From Minisyncoccota bacterium (lineage in GTDB: Bacteria; Patescibacteriota; Minisyncoccia; Phycocordibacterales; UBA9973): DNA of 64,000 nt. The translations under genes were made by a program, and so were the position numbers. This document shows, piece after piece, positions 57,563-64,000 of the stretch. Numbering within the stretch: the stretch's first letter is position 1; every line of letters begins with the position of its first letter. The notes beneath the pieces were generated by a model that was given only the letters and a program-made list of their open reading frames with translations, searched no databases and was not told the origin of the DNA. The stretch lies in contig JBAYHR010000001.1 in the NCBI GenBank assembly GCA_041666045.1, forward strand, positions 187,391 through 251,390, given 5' to 3'.

Positions 57563-57778
57563 TTAAGTTAATTTTTTTAACTCGCTTTCGTATTTCTTCA
57601 TTACTTCCATAGAAGCGGTCATTTGATCCATTCCATTCTTCGTTTTCTCTTTTATTTCAAGCGCGATAGTTTTAAAAAGCTCTGGATTTTTCTCCATCAT
57701 AGTTATAACCATATCAACTTGCGCCTCTGGCACACCCTGAGAACGCAACATTTTTTTAAGTAGAAAATTTTTAAACAT
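57563..57778 (-). CDS. Hypothetical small protein
   Basis: 71-aa ORF. Confidence 0.3.
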   Translation of the reverse strand: MFKNFLLKKMLRSQGVPEAQVDMVITMMEKNPELFKTIALEIKEKTKNGMDQMTASMEVMKKYESELKKLT

Positions 57779-57784
57779 ATATTA

Positions 57785-58000
57785 TTAAGCAGGTAATTCT
57801 GGTTTAAAAGTATCAATTTCACAATTGCCTTCACAAGTCTTTCCACAATTTTCACATTTCTTTAAAATACTAAGATGCTTTCCATCTGTGCAATTACACC
57901 CAATAAGATCATTATCATAATTAGAACAAGTTGTAACACTACAAACTCCTGATGTTTCCGACACACCGCCACATTCCCCTGTACATACATAATGTTTCAT
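57785..58000 (-). CDS. Small cysteine-rich protein (12 Cys in 71 aa)
   Basis: CTGEC, CSVTTC, CNC and CENCGKTCEGNC clusters. Confidence 0.4.
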   Translation of the reverse strand: MKHYVCTGECGGVSETSGVCSVTTCSNYDNDLIGCNCTDGKHLSILKKCENCGKTCEGNCEIDTFKPELPA

Positions 58001-58054
58001 AAAATTTTAATTTTAAACTAAATAATAAACGACGTGCATATTATATCATAAAAA

Positions 58055-59563
58055 TTACTCATCTAAAATTTCAAAATCATTTCCTTCTTTTATATTTGAA
58101 ACACTTCCTTTTTTACGAATAAAATAAACACCAACACCCACTAAAGCCAACAAAACACCAAAAATTCCAAAAAATAAATAATTATTTGTTCCTTTTATTT
58201 GCGTATCACCAAGTACAGCTATCGCAGATAAATCAGTATCAGAAATTTGTGCTTGATTTGTTGTATCTGGCATTTTATCTTCCACTGTATTTTCAATTTC
58301 ATTTTTTATCGCATAATTTTTTACAGAAGTTTTAACAGGTTCTACAACAATTTCATTGTTACTAAATAAAGAATTGTAATCAAATACAATCTCCCCCGTT
58401 CCTGAAATAAGTTTTAAATTCTTTTCATCTCCCAAAACAAAACCTGTAATTTTTCCTGAAATAGTTATAGCTTTTTTAGACATAATTACACTATTTTTTG
58501 GAAAAACAAAAACTTTCCCATTTGCATTCAATGTCCACTTTGAAATATCAATTTCATAATTTGAATTATTTGTAAGCTCAACAAAAAAATCTTTTGCATC
58601 ACCAACTTTAGAAATTGAAACTGTCATAGGCACAACTTTAATTATAATTTTATTTACAGCATCAGGTGTATCTAAAAAATAATTTGAATAATATTCCATA
58701 GATACTGGATACTCGCCAGAATAAAGATAAGTATGATTAAATTTAGTAAAATTATTATTCTGCTCTAATGAACTGCCATCACCAAAATTCCAAAAAATCT
58801 TTCCAAGAACAAGATTTTCATTTGAATATCCTAAAATACTAGATTTAAATTCTAAGGGTTGCCCTATAAAAGCTAAAGTTTTGGTTAAAATTTTAGCTTT
58901 CATGGTTGGATTTTTTATTGTAGTTTTTGTTTCAGTTGTAGTTTCAGTAGAAAAATCTTCATTTGTATTTGTATCTGTATTATTATCTTCAATGTTGTTA
59001 GTGATATTAGTGTCATCATTATTACCAGTATTAGTCGTATTATCACTCCCAGAAGAAGATTCATTGGAAGCTCCAGGAGTTGGAGAACCAGCTTTCCATT
59101 CCCCATTAATTAATTGCAAAGAATTGCCGTCACCAGCTGCTCCAATACTTGTAGTATAAGTTAATTCATCTTTAATAGATAAAGAAGAATCTTTTAATGC
59201 AAGAAATTCTCCTGGATCATTATTTAAAGAAAAACTGCTATCAAAAATAGTACCTAAAAAATTAGACCAATCAATTAAAAATTTCTGTGGATTACCAACT
59301 ACAATTGCATAACTATTTGCTCCTAAAGAATTTTCCCCCTGAAAAACAGCAATAGAATGATTAGTATTTGCTTCATTTAATTTCCACCCTGATAAATCTA
59401 TCGACTCACTACCATTATTATATATCTCTATCCACTCTCTATCAGTATCGGATCCTTCAACGTCATACATTATTTCATTTATAATTACACTCGCACTAGA
59501 ATATTTAAAGCCAAAAAAGAAAACAATACCTACCAAAACAAAAATTATTCTTGATTTAGACAT
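58055..59563 (-). CDS. Cell-surface protein with two lamin-tail domains and a C-terminal TM anchor
   Basis: INEIMYDVEGSDTDREWIEIYNNGSESIDLSGWKL and FVELTNNSNYEIDISKWTL LTD signatures; signal peptide; C-terminal hydrophobic helix. Confidence 0.65.
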   Translation of the reverse strand: MSKSRIIFVLVGIVFFFGFKYSSASVIINEIMYDVEGSDTDREWIEIYNNGSESIDLSGWKLNEANTNHSIAVFQGENSLGANSYAIVVGNPQKFLIDWSNFLGTIFDSSFSLNNDPGEFLALKDSSLSIKDELTYTTSIGAAGDGNSLQLINGEWKAGSPTPGASNESSSGSDNTTNTGNNDDTNITNNIEDNNTDTNTNEDFSTETTTETKTTIKNPTMKAKILTKTLAFIGQPLEFKSSILGYSNENLVLGKIFWNFGDGSSLEQNNNFTKFNHTYLYSGEYPVSMEYYSNYFLDTPDAVNKIIIKVVPMTVSISKVGDAKDFFVELTNNSNYEIDISKWTLNANGKVFVFPKNSVIMSKKAITISGKITGFVLGDEKNLKLISGTGEIVFDYNSLFSNNEIVVEPVKTSVKNYAIKNEIENTVEDKMPDTTNQAQISDTDLSAIAVLGDTQIKGTNNYLFFGIFGVLLALVGVGVYFIRKKGSVSNIKEGNDFEILDE

Positions 59564-59607
59564 AATAAAATCATTTTAATATTTTTATAATATGCTATAA
59601 TAATATC

Positions 59608-60618
59608 ATGAAAAAAATAGATTTTCTAGCAATTGGGGATATTGTCATAGATGCTTTTATAAAATTAAAAGATGCGCACGTTCATAAAGGTATTGATGAT
59701 TCTGAAAGTTCAGAATTGTGTATTCGTTTTGGAGACAAAGTTCCTTATGAATCTGTTGATATTATAACTGCTGTCGGCAATAGCCCAAACGCAGCTGTCT
59801 CTGCTTCAAGACTTGGTTTATCTTCTGCTGTTATGACAAATATTGGTAACGATAAAAATGGACAAGATTGTTTAGATAAGCTTAGAGAGGAAAAAATTGA
59901 TACAACTTTTGTAAAAACAGAAGAAGGTAAAAAGACAAATTATCATTATGTACTCTGGTATGGGGTTGAGCGTACAATTTTAATAAAACATGAAAATTTT
60001 AATTATGAATGGACAAATACAAAAAAATCACAAGACTATCATTCTCCATCTTGGATTTATTTAAGTTCATTAGGAGAAAATTCTCTACAATTTCACACTG
60101 AGATAGCAGATTATTTAAAAAGACATATAAATGTAAAATTAGCCTTTCAGCCTGGAACTTTCCAAATAAGTCTCGGCACAGAAAAATTAAAAGATATTTA
60201 TGCGCGCACAGAGATATTCTTTTGTAATGTAGAAGAAGCTGAGAAAATTTTAGGAATTAAAAATAAAGATATAAAAATCCTTTCTACTGGTATTCATAAA
60301 TTAGGACCAAAAATAGTTTCAATCAGCGATGGACCCAATGGAGCTTATGCATCTGATGGAGAAAATATTTATTTCACACCAATGTATCCTGACATAGCAG
60401 CACCAGTTGATCGCACAGGCGCAGGAGATGCATTCTCTTCAACATTTACATCAGCTCTAGCACTCGGGAAAACTATTCCTGAAGCATTATCTTGGGGACC
60501 AATTAATTCTATGTCTGTAGTTCAAAAAATCGGTGCACAAGAAGGTCTGCTTTCAAAAGAAAAATTAGAAAAATACCTCAAAACCGCTCCAAAAGATTAT
60601 AAACTAACAAAAATATAA
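59608..60618 (+). CDS. PfkB-family carbohydrate kinase
   Basis: DRTGAGDAF catalytic motif; ribokinase-like fold. Confidence 0.8.
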   Translation: MKKIDFLAIGDIVIDAFIKLKDAHVHKGIDDSESSELCIRFGDKVPYESVDIITAVGNSPNAAVSASRLGLSSAVMTNIGNDKNGQDCLDKLREEKIDTTFVKTEEGKKTNYHYVLWYGVERTILIKHENFNYEWTNTKKSQDYHSPSWIYLSSLGENSLQFHTEIADYLKRHINVKLAFQPGTFQISLGTEKLKDIYARTEIFFCNVEEAEKILGIKNKDIKILSTGIHKLGPKIVSISDGPNGAYASDGENIYFTPMYPDIAAPVDRTGAGDAFSSTFTSALALGKTIPEALSWGPINSMSVVQKIGAQEGLLSKEKLEKYLKTAPKDYKLTKI

Positions 60619-60810
60619 ATTTATGGTTAAACCTTTTCAAATTTTTAAAAAATCTACTAATCTTAATTCAAGAGAAGCACAACGGACTGAAAATACAGTT
60701 TTAGAAGAAAATAAAATTATAGGCACAAATTTTGATGATGAAATTAGTAAAATTCAAAAACTAAAAGATGAGGGTAAAAAAGATGAGATAGAAAAACTTA
60801 TAGAAAGTAA

Positions 60811-61809
60811 TTAAAATTTTCTACTTAAAACTTTCTTAACAGCTTCTTTAATAGAATCTTTACCCATACCATAATGTTCTATCAATTCGTCTGGGGTTCC
60901 TGATTGGCCAAATTTATCTTTTACTCCTACGAATTCTATTGGCACAGGAAATTTTCGTGCGACAACTTCTGCCACTGCTGAACCCATTCCCCCAGCTATC
61001 TGATGCTCTTCCACTGTTACCAATGCTTTAGTTTCTTTTGCGAGTTTTAAAATAGAATCTTCATCGATAGGTTTGATAGAAAACAAATTCATAACTTTAG
61101 TTTTTATCCCTTCAGCTTCCAATTCTTTCGCAGCGAGTAATGCACGATAAATCAAAGCTCCAGTCGCCACAATCCCAACTTCTGCTAACCCCACATCTGG
61201 CATCCAAAAAATCTGCGCTTTGTTTATTTCAAAAGGAGTTTCTTCTGTAGTTATAACTGGCGTCTTCTCACGAGCAAGACGAATATATGCAGGGCTCTTT
61301 GTTTTCGCTAAAGCCATAGTCACCTTTTTTGCTTCAATTGCATCACAAGGAGAAAATACATCCATATTTGGCATCACCCGCATCAAAGCAATATCTTCTA
61401 TAGCTTGGTGCGTCCCTCCATCAGGACCGACAGAAACTCCAGCATGACTTCCCACTATCACAACTTTTCTATCATTGTATGCGATAGTTGTTCTGATTTG
61501 TTCCCAATTTCTTCCTGGAGAAAACATCGCATAACTTGAAACAAAAGGAATCTTTCCCATCGCCGACATTCCACTTGCAACTGTCACTAAATTTTGTTCA
61601 GCCACTCCAACTTCCACAAATCTTTCAGGAAATTTTTCTTTAAAAAAATGCATCTGTGTACTTTCAGTCAAATCTCCGCACAGAGCAACAACATTTTCAT
61701 CTTGCTCACCCGCTAGCAACAACCCTTGCCCAAAACCTTTTCGGATTGGAACTTGTTCAACATCTGCGTTGAAAATTTTTGGATTTAATTTTAATTCTGG
61801 ATTAAGCAT
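60811..61809 (-). CDS. Transketolase, C-terminal subunit
   Basis: Pyrimidine-binding and C-terminal domains (FVEVGVAEQN, GPDGGTHQ). Confidence 0.85.
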   Translation of the reverse strand: MLNPELKLNPKIFNADVEQVPIRKGFGQGLLLAGEQDENVVALCGDLTESTQMHFFKEKFPERFVEVGVAEQNLVTVASGMSAMGKIPFVSSYAMFSPGRNWEQIRTTIAYNDRKVVIVGSHAGVSVGPDGGTHQAIEDIALMRVMPNMDVFSPCDAIEAKKVTMALAKTKSPAYIRLAREKTPVITTEETPFEINKAQIFWMPDVGLAEVGIVATGALIYRALLAAKELEAEGIKTKVMNLFSIKPIDEDSILKLAKETKALVTVEEHQIAGGMGSAVAEVVARKFPVPIEFVGVKDKFGQSGTPDELIEHYGMGKDSIKEAVKKVLSRKF

Positions 61810-61810
61810 T

Positions 61811-62659
61811 TTATATTGGTCTGTTATCTCTTAATTCTTTTAATGCCATCTCTCCTTCTTCTTTTGTTGGAGGTTTACCGTGCCATTTATAATCTCTCTC
61901 CCAAGCTTTCACTCCTTTCCCTGGAATCGTATGAGCAATAATAACTGTTGGCTTTTCGGCTATCGCTTGAGCTTCTTCTACTGCTTCATTGAGCGCGCGA
62001 AAATCGTGTCCAGAAACTTCTATCACATGCCAATTAAATGCTCTCCATTTATCTGCTATTGGTTCTAGTGGCATCACATCTTCAGTATTACCGTCTATCT
62101 GAATATTATTTCTATCAACAATTGCAATTAAATTTCTTAATTTATTTTTTCCTGCCAACATCATTCCTTCCCAAGTATTTCCTTCATCATGCTCACCATC
62201 AGACATAAAACAATAAATAAATCTTTCTTTGTCTTGTCCATTAATTCTATCAGCAAGCGCCATGCCAACTGCTTGCGAAAGCCCTGCGCCAAGTGGCCCT
62301 GAAGAATTTTCAACGAAAGGTAAATATTCTCTATGTGGATGCCCTTGCAAACGAGAGCCAAATTTTCTTAAAGTTTTTAATTCTTCAACTGGAAAATATC
62401 CAGAATGCGCCATAGCAGAATATAACACTGGACAAATATGGCCATTTGATAAAACTAATCTATCCCGCTCTACCCAAGCTGGATTTTTTGGATCATGTTT
62501 TAAAACGTGAAAATAAAATAAAGTAAAAATATCTGCCATACCAAGCGGTCCTGCAGTATGTCCACTTCCTGCTTCTACAAGCATTTCAATAATAGACTGA
62601 CGAATATCATTTGCTTTTATTTGAAGTTCTTTATTTTTTATTTCAGATAAGTAAGCCAT
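61811..62659 (-). CDS. Transketolase, N-terminal (TPP-binding) subunit
   Basis: GSGHTAGPLGMADIF and the GDG TPP-binding motif (SDGEHDEGNTWE). Confidence 0.85.
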   Translation of the reverse strand: MAYLSEIKNKELQIKANDIRQSIIEMLVEAGSGHTAGPLGMADIFTLFYFHVLKHDPKNPAWVERDRLVLSNGHICPVLYSAMAHSGYFPVEELKTLRKFGSRLQGHPHREYLPFVENSSGPLGAGLSQAVGMALADRINGQDKERFIYCFMSDGEHDEGNTWEGMMLAGKNKLRNLIAIVDRNNIQIDGNTEDVMPLEPIADKWRAFNWHVIEVSGHDFRALNEAVEEAQAIAEKPTVIIAHTIPGKGVKAWERDYKWHGKPPTKEEGEMALKELRDNRPI

Positions 62660-62714
62660 TAAAATAATTATACACTTTTATATAAAATAAAAAAAGATTG
62701 CCATGTAGACAATC

Positions 62715-63020
62715 TTATTCTTTCAACTCTTTTAATAAGAGTTTACTTTTGTTTTTAATAATTTCTTGTATTTTTTCTTGAGCAATTTCAGTTAATCTAT
62801 ATACTTTCGTCTCATGACCTGGTTCATCACAACCACAATCAAGTTCTATAATATCATTATAAATAAGACAATTTACTTCATTATAAAATATAAGTAATTG
62901 ATTATTATTCAAACCATAATATAAAGAACATTGATCAATTGCTATATTAACAACAACTTCAGCTCTTACTTTATACATACAAGTAATTATTGCAACAATA
63001 CGATCAATTGATACTTTCAT
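62715..63020 (-). CDS. Hypothetical protein
   Basis: 101-aa ORF. Confidence 0.35.
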   Translation of the reverse strand: MKVSIDRIVAIITCMYKVRAEVVVNIAIDQCSLYYGLNNNQLLIFYNEVNCLIYNDIIELDCGCDEPGHETKVYRLTEIAQEKIQEIIKNKSKLLLKELKE

Positions 63021-63097
63021 TTTTACAAAGTTTTGATTCTAAAAAGAGAGTACCATAAATACTAAAACACCTCAACAATATAAAAATATTCTAAGAT

Positions 63098-63817
63098 TTA
63101 TCCTAAATTTTCCAACACAGAAATAGTTTCTCTTATGTCTTCGGCTTTCAAAAGCAAAGATCCAGCGACGAGCCTATCTGCTCCAGCTTCTAGGAGCTTT
63201 TGCGCAGTTTCAAAATTTACTCCCCCATCAACTGAAATTATCAGATCAGGATATTTTTCTTTTAAAATTTTTATATTATTCAAAACTCTTTCGTCAAAAG
63301 GTTGTCCTTGAAAACCAATTTTTTCTATACCCATGCATTGCACAAAATCTACACTATTCACTAAAGAAAAAATTTGTTCGATTGGCGTCGTAGTATTTAT
63401 CGCAATACCTATCTGTATAGCATCACGAATATATACATCTATCCCTTCTATAAAATCTTTAAATTCATTTAAATCCCCCACGGCCTCAATATGAAAAACA
63501 ATTCTTTTGGGAGCAAGCTTTGTATAAATATCAAAATTAGAAACTGCATCAGAAACCATTAGATCAAGTTCAAAATCAATATCTTCCCAAAAAGGCATTC
63601 CTTCTTGTTCATTTAAAATTCTTTGAAAATGTTCATCTAATTCATTTTCTATAAAATCCCTCGACTCTGCTCGGGATAAAAACGGCCACGTGACCGTTTT
63701 TACAAAAATACCATCACACAAATCTATCTGAACAACAGGAAGAATCCCTCGCACTAATGCGATCTTATTCTTCATGTCTTCATAATTTCTAGATAATATT
63801 GCGGGAATTATTTCCAT
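63098..63817 (-). CDS. rpe: Ribulose-phosphate 3-epimerase-like protein
   Basis: IDLCDGIFV, HIEAV and ISVDGGVN motifs of the Rpe TIM barrel. Confidence 0.7.
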   Translation of the reverse strand: MEIIPAILSRNYEDMKNKIALVRGILPVVQIDLCDGIFVKTVTWPFLSRAESRDFIENELDEHFQRILNEQEGMPFWEDIDFELDLMVSDAVSNFDIYTKLAPKRIVFHIEAVGDLNEFKDFIEGIDVYIRDAIQIGIAINTTTPIEQIFSLVNSVDFVQCMGIEKIGFQGQPFDERVLNNIKILKEKYPDLIISVDGGVNFETAQKLLEAGADRLVAGSLLLKAEDIRETISVLENLG

Positions 63818-63831
63818 ACGATTATTTTATA

Positions 63832-64000
63832 TTACTCCACTGTAACTGATTTAGCTAGATTTCTAGGTTGATCTACGTTGCAATCACGAAACCTAGCAAT
63901 ATGATAAGCTAATAATTGAAGAGGAATTACAGAAATTAAAGGAGATAAAGATTCATCAATTTCTGGTATTTCAATCAAATGATCATAAAGTTTTGGAGAA
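63832..64000 (-). CDS. glmS: Glutamine--fructose-6-phosphate aminotransferase, C-terminal fragment (gene continues beyond the window end)
   Basis: Minus-strand translation ends ...[31 protein letters not shown], the characteristic GlmS C-terminus. Confidence 0.6.
   Translation of the reverse strand, partial: SPKLYDHLIEIPEIDESLSPLISVIPLQLLAYHIARFRDCNVDQPRNLAKSVTVE

Overview
AT-rich (~30% GC) window, very likely from a reduced-genome CPR/Patescibacteria-type bacterium. Core genes include greA-lysS, rpsU-ybeY, ftsA-ftsZ, trxB, a domain-minimal pyruvate kinase, eno, lepA, murJ, a short valS, leuS, tsaD/tsaC, ychF and a split transketolase. Six RNA-gene loci are present: tRNA-Ser, -Glu, -Phe, -Arg and -Gly, plus one degenerate tRNA-like element. 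Between tRNA-Glu (6.08 kb) and a glmU-like gene (25.9 kb) lies a ~19.6 kb accessory block. It contains (i) a large serine recombinase whose 3' end overlaps tRNA-Glu, (ii) three large secreted proteins with Bacteroidetes-type T9SS C-terminal sorting domains, one carrying a CHAP peptidoglycan-hydrolase domain, (iii) a noncoding junction with a tRNA-like 3' fragment and opposed intrinsic terminators, and (iv) a defence island: a three-gene operon of an alpha-helical protein with an Rx6H (HEPN-like) motif followed by two tandem DUF4238 paralogs, convergent with a FokI/AlwI-like Type IIS R-M pair (fused double m6A MTase + 604-aa REase). Elsewhere in the window there is a family of short TIR-bounded palindromic elements (TIR consensus TCCCRTTAGARG). 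Three copies sit in-frame inside essential genes (tsaD, tsaC, an rlmI-like MTase) and one lies between rpsU and ybeY, reminiscent of Rickettsia palindromic elements. LeuRS carries a complete Nudix hydrolase domain inserted after its editing domain. A secreted protein has ~22 tandem Hep_Hag/YadA-head-like 17-aa repeats. All calls rest on reading the six-frame ORFs and the raw sequence by eye; no searches were run.
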